This document shows positions 33,009 through 43,391 of a DNA stretch of 64,000 nucleotides, piece after piece. Under the pieces are notes generated by a model, which saw only the letters and a program-made list of their open reading frames with translations, was not told the origin of the DNA and ran no database searches. A program made the position numbers and the translations under genes. The stretch is from contig CAMYJD010000012.1 in NCBI GenBank assembly GCA_947258655.1, positions 13,323 to 77,322 on the forward strand. The letters run 5' to 3'. Source of the DNA: an uncultured Gammaproteobacteria bacterium (GTDB lineage Bacteria > Pseudomonadota > Gammaproteobacteria > JAADHQ01). Every line of letters starts with the position of its first letter. Positions within the stretch are counted from its first letter, which is position 1.

Positions 33009-34250
33009 TTGATGACGCGCTTACTTGTTATCGGTTATGTCTGGCCGGAACCCGGCTCATCCGCAGCCGGGAACCGGATGATGCAATTATTGCAGCTGTT
33101 CGTGCAACAGCGATGGCAAATTATTTTCGCCAGCCCCGCCGCTGCCAGTGAGCATATTGCAGACATCGAATCATTGGGTATCAGGCGGCAACGGATCGAA
33201 CTGAACAACAGCAGCTTCGATACCTTTATCAGTGAATATCAGCCTGACATCGTCGTGTTTGATCGCTTCATGATGGAAGAGCAATTTGGCTGGCGTGTAG
33301 AACAACATTGCCCACAGGCTTTGCGGATTCTCGAATCAGTAGACCTGCATTGCCTGCGCCATGCACGCCAGCAGGCGAACAGGCAACAGCGCGAACTTTG
33401 CCAACAGGATTATTACAGCGATATCGCCAAGCGCGAGATAGCCAGTATCTACCGCTGTGATCTTAGCCTGATTATTTCCACGGCGGAAATGGACCTGCTA
33501 CAGCAAGTCTTTCGCGTTGAGCGCGAATTACTCCATTATGTACCATTCATGCTTGATCCCGTCACTGCCGCAAGCGCCGCTGACGAGCTACGCGGATTTA
33601 AACAACGCGAGCATTTTATTTTTATCGGTAACTTCCACCACGCACCGAACTGGGATGCCGTGCGCTATCTGAAACAGGATATCTGGCCCGGGATCCGCAA
33701 GCAATTGCCCCAGGCCCAACTACAGATATATGGATCCTATACACCACAAAAGGCCAGGCAACTGCATAACAGTGCAGAAGGATTTATTATTGCGGGTCGC
33801 GCAAAAGATGCCGGACAAGTTATGCAACAGGCCAGGGTATGCCTGGCGCCATTGCGCTTCGGTGCCGGTCTGAAGGGCAAGCTGATCGATGCAATGCAAT
33901 CCGGAACGCCCAGTGTCACGAGCACTATCGGTGCCGAAGGCATGCATGCAGACATGCCATGGAACGGCGCGATCGAGGACGATGCTGATGCATTCGTGGA
34001 TGTGGCAGTGCAGCTATATCAACAGGAAGATGACTGGCAGACGGCTCAACAAAACGGCTTTAAAATCATCAACCGCCTTTATAATAAAATTGAATTGGGA
34101 CAGGAACTGCTGCAAATCATCGCAACTATCGGTAAAGACCTGGAACAACACCGACTGAATAATTTTACTGGTGCCATGCTCGTACATCATACGATGCAGA
34201 GTTCAAAGTATATGTCGCGATGGATTGAAGCTAAAAACAGATTGAAATGA
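33009..34250 (+). CDS. glycosyltransferase family 1 (GT4-type)
   Basis: 413 aa; C-terminal LAPLRFGAGLKGKLIDAMQSGTPSV. Confidence 0.7.
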   Translation: MMTRLLVIGYVWPEPGSSAAGNRMMQLLQLFVQQRWQIIFASPAAASEHIADIESLGIRRQRIELNNSSFDTFISEYQPDIVVFDRFMMEEQFGWRVEQHCPQALRILESVDLHCLRHARQQANRQQRELCQQDYYSDIAKREIASIYRCDLSLIISTAEMDLLQQVFRVERELLHYVPFMLDPVTAASAADELRGFKQREHFIFIGNFHHAPNWDAVRYLKQDIWPGIRKQLPQAQLQIYGSYTPQKARQLHNSAEGFIIAGRAKDAGQVMQQARVCLAPLRFGAGLKGKLIDAMQSGTPSVTSTIGAEGMHADMPWNGAIEDDADAFVDVAVQLYQQEDDWQTAQQNGFKIINRLYNKIELGQELLQIIATIGKDLEQHRLNNFTGAMLVHHTMQSSKYMSRWIEAKNRLK

Positions 34251-34345
34251 TTTAATGCCTCACAGATAGTGAGTATGAAGATCTCTTTTATAGGATTTTA
34301 TTCTGAAAACAAAGAGCTCTGCTATTAATTTTCAATTATTACACC

Positions 34346-34732
34346 ATGGTAGAGCGGTTTAACTCAAAGATTGAGGATACTGTGATTACACTGAAGTCCA
34401 TAATTGATTGGTTTAAAGGGAATAAATATGAATTATTGCCAATAGACTTTGATGTGAAAAGGCTCGATGATGATAATTCATTCCAGATAGAGATACACAA
34501 TGACGAGAAAACCGAAATGAAATTTGTTGTTATTGTGTTGGAAAAATATTTAGGATTATCGAAAAAAGATGCAATTAATATAATGTTAGAGATCCATACG
34601 AAGGGAAAAACTATAATTACGGGCTATGATAAAAATACAGCCAACAGGCTGGTGAGTCATATTGAATCTATGGCAAAAATAAATAGTTTCCCTCTTGTGT
34701 GTAATGTACAAAAGACATATCAAGATATTTAA
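34346..34732 (+). CDS. ClpS-like adaptor-domain protein with about 45-aa N-terminal extension
   Basis: EIHNDEKTEMKFVVIVLEKYLGLSKKDAINIMLEIHTKGKTIITGY..FPLVCNVQK parallels the ClpS core; low-GC islet. Confidence 0.55.
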   Translation: MVERFNSKIEDTVITLKSIIDWFKGNKYELLPIDFDVKRLDDDNSFQIEIHNDEKTEMKFVVIVLEKYLGLSKKDAINIMLEIHTKGKTIITGYDKNTANRLVSHIESMAKINSFPLVCNVQKTYQDI

Positions 34733-35019
34733 GCTGTCAAATTGTTGATCACCCGGAAACCAGAATCACGATATTGAAGTTAGTTTCTGACTATTTAAAA
34801 TGGCTGCTTGATCCGGAACATGCTTCCGACAACGACAGCAGTAGTCAAAATCAGGACAGACTTAGGCAAGTTATGTATTTTGGATAAATATTGAGATTTT
34901 TTCCAGGCCGCTGACAGATATTAGTCAAGGCAGAATACTAAAGTTCTGTGCTGCCTTGCCGCCATACTATGTGGGCATATATTAAGCATATGTTAAATAC
35001 AAGCTATTTGGTGTGAATT

Positions 35020-35898
35020 ATGTATCATGGCACAAGACAATGTAGCAGATTTTTATCAATTATCGCGGTGTTACTATTGTCTGGCCTGTCAACACAGAGC
35101 GCTTTTTCATCAAATGATAGCATCAAGATGGCTATTATTTCGCTGGCGCCACCTGCCAAAATTTATAGACAATGGCAGGAGTTTGCAGATTACCTGTCTA
35201 GTAAAACAGGCCGGGAAGTAAAAATTATTGTTCCACGAGGCTTCAAGAAAATAAAATCGGCGGTTGAGGATAAGACAGTCGATATTTTTTATGTCAATTC
35301 GCATATATTCTACAAGTTAACAGAGGCACAAAAGGCCGAACCACTTGCACAGATGATGAATCTGGATGGCAGCATATACAGTAATAGTGTTATGTTTGTG
35401 CGCAAGGACAGCGGAATTGATTCCTTACAACAACTCAAGGGTGAAAAAATTGCGTTTGTTGCTCCGATGGGTGCGGGTGGTTATCTTGCACCAAGGGCAG
35501 CATTCTATGACGCCGGAATACAAACAAAAGTAGATACTGAAGAGAAATTCACCAAAAACCTGACTTCATCTGTCCATAAGGTATTACTGGGAGATGTCAA
35601 AGCGGGCACAATGTGTGGCCTGAACTACAAATTAATGAGTGAACGCATCAAGACGGGCGACCTGAAAATCATTGCATCGAGTGCTGACTATCCTGAAAAT
35701 GTATTTGGTATTCGTGCGGATTTGCCAGCAGCATTAAAAAAGCAGATCTCTGAAGTCATGATTGGTATGGATAAGGATATAAACGGCAGAAAGATTCTTG
35801 ACGGAATGAAGGGCATGAAAATAAAGAAATTCGTAAAATATGATCCTGAAACAGAACACACTACCAGAGCATTGCGTAAAAGCGCAGATTTCAAATAA
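35020..35898 (+). CDS. PhnD/SsuA-family periplasmic substrate-binding protein (paralogue 2)
   Basis: 292 aa, signal peptide; VRKDSGIDSLQQLKGEKIAF. Confidence 0.7.
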   Translation: MYHGTRQCSRFLSIIAVLLLSGLSTQSAFSSNDSIKMAIISLAPPAKIYRQWQEFADYLSSKTGREVKIIVPRGFKKIKSAVEDKTVDIFYVNSHIFYKLTEAQKAEPLAQMMNLDGSIYSNSVMFVRKDSGIDSLQQLKGEKIAFVAPMGAGGYLAPRAAFYDAGIQTKVDTEEKFTKNLTSSVHKVLLGDVKAGTMCGLNYKLMSERIKTGDLKIIASSADYPENVFGIRADLPAALKKQISEVMIGMDKDINGRKILDGMKGMKIKKFVKYDPETEHTTRALRKSADFK

Positions 35899-36025
35899 AT
35901 AAAGTTTGTAGACATCGAGATCCTGTGGGTTTGAATGAATTAATTATTATACTTGATATACGCAGTAGCGGTATTGTCACGTAAATTTATAATTTTCACT
36001 GCTAACTCATATTAAAGACTTTTCA

Positions 36026-38254
36026 ATGAGACTTAGCCTGAATACACGTATGGTCATCAGCCTGTTAGCACTCGTGCTAACGGGCTTTATTGTGCTTGCC
36101 ATTGTATTACTGACTAATGCGAAATCGCGTATCGATCAGTTTCTGGAAACCCAGGCCGTCTACCAGGTACAAACCCTGGCTCAGGCCAGCCTCGATGGCC
36201 TGGTATCAGAAGATTATGAATTACTTGAGAGTTGGGTAAACTCATCGATCCCTTCCGATAATTATGCCTATGCAGCCCTGGTAAGATCCAATGGTCAGGT
36301 TATGTCGCATACTGATCCTAATTATATAGGGAAAAATATTACAACAATAACAGGTGTTAGTAAGCATGTGTCGCGCATATCGGAATATCAACAGCGACCG
36401 GTCAAGGAAATAATTAGCCCGGCAAAGATTGGTGGACAAGTTCTGGCAAATGCCCATGTGGCCTATTACATGGACGCTGGAGAATTTATTAACAGAGATA
36501 CAGCCGTTGAGATACTGATTATTCTTACGGTCATTTTTACTGTTATTCTGATCGCTGGTTATATGCTTATGCGAGGTATAACCGGACCGATAGAAATATT
36601 ACGCCAGATTATTTCAAAGTCGTCACTTGATAAATCAGTCAACATTGACCAGAAAATAATTAATCGTGCGGATGAAGTCGGTGATCTTGCACGTGCGTTC
36701 GAGGATACTTCAGAAAGATTGGTCCATTAACCAATAAGGCGATAGTCGAGACATCCAATGATGGCATTATTGTTATTAATGAAAAAGGGATTGTTGAATC
36801 AATTAACTCTGCCGCAGAAAATATTTTTGGTTATACGCCTGCAGAAGTAGTTGGGCATAATGTATCCATGCTGATGCCGGAACCCTATGCACATGAACAT
36901 GACGGTTATATAGAAAAATATCATCAAACCGGTAAAGCATCGATTATAGGTAAAAGAAGAGAGCTTGCAGCTAAACGCAAGGACGGAAAAATTATACCTA
37001 TTGAACTGGGTATCGGTGAAATAGTATATGAAGGAAAGGCGCGTTATGCAGGGACTGTGCGTGATATTACAGATCGTAAGGAGTATGAGAATGCCCTTGT
37101 TGAAGCGAGGGATGCATCAGATAGAGGAAACCGTACAAAAACACGATTCCTGGCCACAATGAGTCATGAATTACGAACCCCCATGAACGCAATTATGGGT
37201 GCAATGGGGCTGTTGAAAGATGTGGATATACCAGAAGAGGAGAAGAATTTCCTGGTATGTGCTGAAAAAGCTGCGGGTGAGTTGCTTGAGCTAATAGATA
37301 ATGTCCTTGACTTTACCGATCTTGAATCTGGTAGTGTAGCGCTGGATTTAAGTGGTTTTAATCTACTGGAAATGCTGGAGACGATTCATACGAAATATAA
37401 CGATGTATTGGCCGATATGCCGGTCAGTCTGGATCTGGAAATTGCAGACGGCATACCCGATTTATTAATCGGTGATTTTCGACGTATTAATAATGTCCTG
37501 GAAAAACTCGTTCAAAATGCCATCAAATTCACTTCTGAAGGCAGCATTGTATTACGTGTCATAACGGAAGGCATGTCGAATAACAAGATAAATCTGAAAT
37601 TCGAGGTATGTGATACAGGCATAGGAATAGACGAGCAGGATCAACAAAGCATATTCGACAGTTTTACCCAGGCAGATGATTCATACACCAGACGCTTCGG
37701 TGGAACAGGTATCGGGCTTAGTATATGCAAGGCGTTGGTTCAGGTAATGGGGGGCGAGATTGGTGTTGAATCCGAAGCGGAAAAAGGCAGCAGGTTCTGG
37801 TTTACTCTTTCACTGGATGTAATAAATATGCAAGCGCCTGCAAATACAAAAGCAGCGGAGCCAGTTGTCGAAATAGACAGGCCAGGTCAAAGTGCCCGAC
37901 TGCTGGTTGTCGAGGATGACATCAGTAATCAACGCATAGTTCAGGCCATGCTGAACAGGCTGGGATTTTATTCGGATATCGCCGAAAATGGCAGAGTTGC
38001 GCTGCAAAAACTTGAACAGTCTGACTATGATCTCATATTAATGGATTGCCAAATGCCGGTCATGGATGGATTGGAAGCGACCAGGAAAATCAGACAATTA
38101 GAAACAAACAGGGAGCATATACCAATCATTGCTGTCACTGCGAACTCGATGGAGGGTGACAAGGAAAAATGCCTTGAGGCCGGTATGGATGACTATGTCA
38201 GTAAACCCATTGATATGCAATGTCAGTAAACCCATTGATATGCAATTACTCAAA
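36026..38254 (+). pseudogene. hybrid sensor kinase (TM-loop-TM-HAMP-PAS-HisKA-HATPase-REC) disrupted by a frameshift near 36720-36735 and a 25-bp tandem duplication at its 3' end
   Basis: ORFs 36026-36730 and 36868-38229 are continuous in protein space after a -1 shift. The PAS segment TNKAIVETSNDGIIVINEKG.. begins in the other frame. Removing the duplicated 25-mer restores ..KPIDMQLLKTAIVDWLK*. Confidence 0.65.
38197..38246. repeat. perfect 25-bp tandem duplication GTCAGTAAACCCATTGATATGCAAT x2
   Basis: read directly from sequence. Confidence 0.85.
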
Positions 38255-38327
38255 ACCGCTATAGTAGACTGGTTAAAATAAACACTAGCTGCTATGCAAT
38301 CAAACCATTATTGTGACTAAAACGAAA

Positions 38328-38384
38328 AAAGCGGACATTCACAGCAACGGATCTGACAGGCCGGAGTCGACCCAAAGCAGGCGG
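38328..38384. repeat. 57-nt intergenic repeat element, copy B
   Basis: perfect 16-mer AAAGCGGACATTCACA plus GGCCGGAGTCGACCC core; see copy A. Confidence 0.5.
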
Positions 38385-38410
38385 ATAAGCATAGCGCCAT
38401 CCCCAATGTC

Positions 38411-38430
38411 ATTCCCGCGCAGGCGGGAAT
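38411..38430. repeat. hairpin ATTCCCGC-GCAG-GCGGGAAT (8-bp stem)
   Basis: perfect inverted repeat 27 nt after repeat copy B; resembles ATTCCC-N8-GGGAAT type small repeats. Confidence 0.4.
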
Positions 38431-38861
38431 CCAGAAAGGACTAAGAATGGAAAGGATACCATACGCAATTATTTAGCGACAACGATCGTCGTTGCCTGGG
38501 GAAGGAAATCTAAAAGAGTTTTTACTCTGACCCCAAATGTTCCAAATGTTCCCAGGTTTTTGCGCCGCGGCGATCTGTTAACGTGTATAGATCAGCTATA
38601 AAGAATATTGATCTGGATGCGAGACTCAACAGATTGTTTCACTGCGACCGCTTTGTATCCCCAAACGCATGGCCTGTTAGTTCGCAATGACAATGCTTAT
38701 GAAAGGACGCTTCAGACCGGTTTCTGCCTGTTAAACAAATATTCCTGAAAGACCGCTATAGGGTGTATGAGACCTTCATCTCCAGACAATATTGTCTGGA
38801 CAAGTGTTAATCTATTTTGCAATGTGTCAGGTTGGGTCTGAGCTACTACAGCTAATTGTTA

Positions 38862-40547
38862 TTAGCCTACCTTTAAAATCGCAATTTCATGCGCATCCAA
38901 TGGAACATGTACAAATGCCCTTCCGGTTGGTGTTTGCTCAACGGTATAGGTCTGATCAGGTTTGAGCAGGTTGCGCAAACGTTGAGCCGGGCCGCTCAGA
39001 TAGTGATCCACCGTGATGTAGTCCTGTCGGTTGGTGTCCTGTAAATTCAGTAACACGATCACTTCATCGGTATCGAGAATTCGTGACCAGGCCAGCGTGC
39101 ATTGACCACTGGCCGGAAAATAGAAATGTTCGGCGTCTACGGAAATCTCGCGGAAATATTGACGACCATAACGCAGTGCAGGTTGTTGTGCGCGTATACT
39201 GCATATAGCGCTATTGAAAAATTGCATGCCGGTCGTATTGAATGCACCCCATTGTCCGCCAAACATGCATTCGCGAACATAACTGTCATTGTCGCCACCA
39301 CCGTTAAATCCCTGCTCGGTGCCGTAATAAATACAGGGTATGCCCTGACTGGTCAGTAAATAGCCTATACCCAGTATCGCCTGTTGCGGATAGGGATTGT
39401 TATGCAGGAAACGCCGATACGGGTGTGCCATCTGGTCATGGTTATCGATAAACGTGACAAAATAGCGCCCGGCTTCACCATGATCTGCATACTGGTGACG
39501 CAGGTGTTCATAACGTCGGCGTAAAACTTCGGGACTGTTAAATCCCTTGATGACATCCTCGAGCACGAAATACAGCGGGAAATCCAGCGCCGCATCGAGC
39601 GATGGAAAACGTTCATTGGTATTTTCGATGCGACTGTTGCGACCGAGATATTTCTGGATCGTAGCATCGTTATCGACGATCTCGCCAAACATGAAGAAAT
39701 TATGCTTGCCATAGCGCTGCGCATATTCGCGCATCGCATTACAGAATATGGCCACGGATGAACTTTCCATATGCTTGACCGTATCGATACGAAAACCGTC
39801 AATATCGGCACTGACTATCCAGGATTTATAGGCCTTGATCAGGGTGTCGAGTACCCTGGGCTGGTTTATATCGAGTTCCTTGAGGCTGAAAAAATCGCCG
39901 TCCTGTGCTTCACGCTCATCATACCAGTTGCGGATTTCGCCCATGCGTTTGAAGGTTTCCGGGTCCTGCAGTTCTTCGGGCCAGATGCCGTCGACACGTT
40001 GCAGGCCCGGGGTCGGGTCCTGCTCACGCCAGAAACCAAACGGGTAACGTTGTCCCTGATGATAATAATAGGGATGTCCACCAGCATAGGCAAAGACATC
40101 GCCACTGTGGTTGAAGATAATGTCCTGGATCACATACATGCCACGTTCATGGGCTTCATGGGTCAGTTCCTGCAGATCGGCCAGATTACCGAAGCGCGGA
40201 TCGATATCGAGAAAATCCTGTACCCCATAGCCATGATAACTGTCATCCTTGTCGAGTCGGTTCTTGAAAATCGGGCTCAACCAGATGGTCGTGCAGCCGA
40301 GTTCGTGTAGGTAATCGAGACGCCGCGTGATGCCCTTGATCGTGCCACCCTGGAAACGTTTGCCTTCAACGGCGTTCCTGCCATTACCATTGCTGTGGAT
40401 GTTGTAGGGTGGATGGTCCAGGTTGTCGTCAAAACGATCGACGAGTAAAAAATAGATGACCTGATCGCGCCAGTCCAGCGGAGACGGATGGAGTGTGTGG
40501 CGTGGTTGAAAATCCAGTTCGGTAACGGAATGCGGTCTGGTCGTCAT
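38862..40547 (-). CDS. alpha-amylase family glycoside hydrolase (GH13)
   Basis: DQVIYFLLVDRFDD, GFRIDTVKHM catalytic-region motifs; start at MTTRPHS with AGGAG RBS. Confidence 0.85.
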   Translation of the reverse strand: MTTRPHSVTELDFQPRHTLHPSPLDWRDQVIYFLLVDRFDDNLDHPPYNIHSNGNGRNAVEGKRFQGGTIKGITRRLDYLHELGCTTIWLSPIFKNRLDKDDSYHGYGVQDFLDIDPRFGNLADLQELTHEAHERGMYVIQDIIFNHSGDVFAYAGGHPYYYHQGQRYPFGFWREQDPTPGLQRVDGIWPEELQDPETFKRMGEIRNWYDEREAQDGDFFSLKELDINQPRVLDTLIKAYKSWIVSADIDGFRIDTVKHMESSSVAIFCNAMREYAQRYGKHNFFMFGEIVDNDATIQKYLGRNSRIENTNERFPSLDAALDFPLYFVLEDVIKGFNSPEVLRRRYEHLRHQYADHGEAGRYFVTFIDNHDQMAHPYRRFLHNNPYPQQAILGIGYLLTSQGIPCIYYGTEQGFNGGGDNDSYVRECMFGGQWGAFNTTGMQFFNSAICSIRAQQPALRYGRQYFREISVDAEHFYFPASGQCTLAWSRILDTDEVIVLLNLQDTNRQDYITVDHYLSGPAQRLRNLLKPDQTYTVEQTPTGRAFVHVPLDAHEIAILKVG

Positions 40548-40818
40548 GAAGGCGCTCCTATATCCATGCATGCAATGAAGGGTTCTGCTGACAAGCATAG
40601 ATCAAAAACGCTCTAATTCAACGGCCATCAACATATGCGCGTGAGTTGCAGGAATTAAGGTGGCAGATGATAAGTACAAATGGATTGTAGTTAGGTATAA
40701 TTATTAAAAACCCTATAACTGTTATACCTTTCCGTGATCAAGTGTCAAAACAGACATAGCGCTTAGATGACGGGGCTGTAATAATGCGTACCAATTTCTG
40801 AACAGAGTAAAATGAATC

Positions 40819-41589
40819 ATGTTAATAGTTATATCGCCGGCAAAAAAACTCGACTATGAGAGTGAACTGAAAGTAAAGACCTATACCGTTCCTGACTACC
40901 TGGATGACTCGCAGCTATTGATCAATCGCATGCGTGACTTCTCGGCCCTGGATATTTCAGAACTGATGCACGTCAGCAGCAAGATTGCCGAATTGAATTT
41001 TGACCGCTATGAGGTGTGGACACCCGAGTTTACGCCGGACAATGCCAGGCAGGCCATTTTTGCCTTCAAGGGCGATGTCTACACGGGTCTCGATGCCGAT
41101 ACACTGAAAAAAGCCGATCTTGATTTTGCCCAAAAGCATCTGCGCATCCTGTCCGGTCTGTATGGATTGTTGAGACCAATGGATTTGATGCAGGCCTATC
41201 GCCTGGAGATGGGGACCAAACTGGAAAATGTACGTGGCAAGAATCTGTATGAATTCTGGGGTATGAAGATTACCGATGGCCTTAATGCACAGTTGAAAAA
41301 GATTAAATCCACGACACTGGTGAACCTTGCTTCCAACGAGTATTTCAAATCAGTAAAGGCGAAGGAAATAAATGGCGACATCATCACACCGTCTTTCAAG
41401 GAATACAAGAACGGTGATTACAAGATGATCGGTATCTATGCTAAAAAAGCACGCGGTCTGTTGAGTCGCTATATCATCCAGAACCGCTTATCCGATGTGG
41501 AAGACATCAAGGCCTTTGATGAGGATGGCTATAAGCTCAACAAAAAATTGTCGAAAGGCAACAACCTCGTATTTACGCGCAGGCAATAA
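40819..41589 (+). CDS. yaaA: peroxide stress protein YaaA (UPF0246)
   Basis: MLIVISPAKKLDY.. near-colinear with E. coli YaaA. Confidence 0.93.
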   Translation: MLIVISPAKKLDYESELKVKTYTVPDYLDDSQLLINRMRDFSALDISELMHVSSKIAELNFDRYEVWTPEFTPDNARQAIFAFKGDVYTGLDADTLKKADLDFAQKHLRILSGLYGLLRPMDLMQAYRLEMGTKLENVRGKNLYEFWGMKITDGLNAQLKKIKSTTLVNLASNEYFKSVKAKEINGDIITPSFKEYKNGDYKMIGIYAKKARGLLSRYIIQNRLSDVEDIKAFDEDGYKLNKKLSKGNNLVFTRRQ

Positions 41590-41803
41590 GCTGAGTAGTG
41601 TAGATTGTATGTTCCAATAGGTATTATCAGCCTGGTGAATGTACATTACTGAATGTTTCCTGCGAGAAGATTGGTCTTCAATAGCAGGGTTATACAACAA
41701 TGGACTGCAGTCATACCTGTAGCAGACAGTAATCTATTTGTTTGCGGATCTGATTACGAGCTGTTTACTGAGTGCCTGTTAATCATTTGTGTACTGGGTA
41801 TCT

Positions 41804-42850
41804 TCAATAGAGGTATACCGCACCAGCAGCAGTGGCTGCATTATCTCCCTGACCGGGCGTAGTGTTGTTCACTCCAGTCGCTGCACTGTCTTCAAATTGT
41901 ACACTGACAGCAAGCGTGTCGCCGTCACGACTCAATGCAGGGATACCAAAGGAATCATCCGCGTCCGTATTGGAAGCCTTCACGTAGGCCTGTTGTGTCC
42001 AGGTCGAAACGGATCGGGTAAATACATAAACGCCACCTGCACTACTTGCAGAGTTGTCTACCTGGCCGGGTGAGGTGTTATTGATCCCAGTCGCCGCACT
42101 GTCTTCACTCATTGCGCCCACCGCCAGCGTATTACCATCACCGCTCAATACAGGAAGACTAAAGGAATCACCAGCACCTGTGTTGGAAGCCTTCACGTAG
42201 GCCTGTTGTGTCCAGGTTGTGTCTGATCGCGTGTACACATAAACAGCACCTGCATCGAGGGCTGAATTATCACCCTGACCCGGTACGGTGTTGTTCACGC
42301 CGGTCGCCGCACTGTCTTCAAAATATGCCCCCACAGCCAGCGTATTGCCGTCTCCACTCAATGTAACCGAAATACCAAAGTTATCGTTAGCTTCAGTATT
42401 GGAGGCCTTTATATAGCCTGTAGCTGCGATACTGTCTATTAGTGCAAGGGTCTGGTTGTTTGAACCAACACATGTGGTCGCCGCTGCATCACAGGCTTCC
42501 ACAATATATTGTGCGGAAACCCAGTCTGTTTTGTGTACAGGTATGACCAGGCTATGACTTGTAGCAGTGATATTGCTGGCGCTTGGGATTACCGTGAAAC
42601 CCGATGCGCCATCGGGATTCTCTAGAATTCTATAGTGGTCCGCACCTGCAACCGCAGGCCATGTAAACCTGATTTGCTTCAAGTCGAATGTCAGTGTCGG
42701 CACGGGCGCACTCAGGCCCGTTGCCGGGGTACTGCTTCCGCCAGAGCAGCCTGAAAGTAGAGATGACAGCACCATGAAGAAAAAAAGGCAAATCAAATAA
42801 AAGATATGTGTCCTATGGTCAGAAATACAGAGCTTGCTGTGTATAGTCAT
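41804..42850 (-). CDS. lipoprotein with three tandem FG-GAP/beta-propeller-like repeats
   Basis: LLSGCSGG lipobox. Three copies of about 70 aa YxKASNT..D.FG..LSGDGNTLAVGA..EDSAATGxNNTxPGQxDN..AGxVYV. The same repeats are visible as about 220-bp DNA repeats (for example GCCTTCACGTAGGCCTGTTGTGTCCAGGT twice). Confidence 0.6.
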   Translation of the reverse strand: MTIHSKLCISDHRTHIFYLICLFFFMVLSSLLSGCSGGSSTPATGLSAPVPTLTFDLKQIRFTWPAVAGADHYRILENPDGASGFTVIPSASNITATSHSLVIPVHKTDWVSAQYIVEACDAAATTCVGSNNQTLALIDSIAATGYIKASNTEANDNFGISVTLSGDGNTLAVGAYFEDSAATGVNNTVPGQGDNSALDAGAVYVYTRSDTTWTQQAYVKASNTGAGDSFSLPVLSGDGNTLAVGAMSEDSAATGINNTSPGQVDNSASSAGGVYVFTRSVSTWTQQAYVKASNTDADDSFGIPALSRDGDTLAVSVQFEDSAATGVNNTTPGQGDNAATAAGAVYLY

Positions 42851-43391
42851 AATCGTCCCAATAATTAAATGTTATATCCTGAAATTCCGTTTACAAGGGC
42901 ACATAAGAAAACGGTAATATTAGCGCTATTTTTTCGGTGATAATTTGAGCATATATAGTTTGGTGTAGTCAACGCTGCAATCACTTTCCTAAACAGTTTC
43001 TTGAAAGCTTTATACTATCAAATTACTCATAACACTTTAGTTTCTCGATAACTGAAAATAGCATTCAACACAATGTGATGATGTCTTTCACAGTGCTTTG
43101 TATAACAGTGTGAATGAATTACAGGTCTATCATGAAATAACATGATTCGATATGAAGCAATGCAATCAAGTTTTAAGAATATTGAATTGTATTTTAGCAG
43201 AGCGTGTTTATACTCATACTTACACAATCAAGTCCTAATTAATAAAGATTGAATTTATGTAAGTTCACGACACGATAATGATGCACTCGTTGACATGCAA
43301 GTACTCGAATATATTTGCGCCCTTTTGATTTATTAATCTGCCGGAAAAATATTCCTGATCCAATTACGTAAATGTTGATCACAAAATACTT

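Noticed and set aside
39771-40310. 179-aa plus-strand ORF
   Set aside because: Antisense within the GH13 amylase gene.
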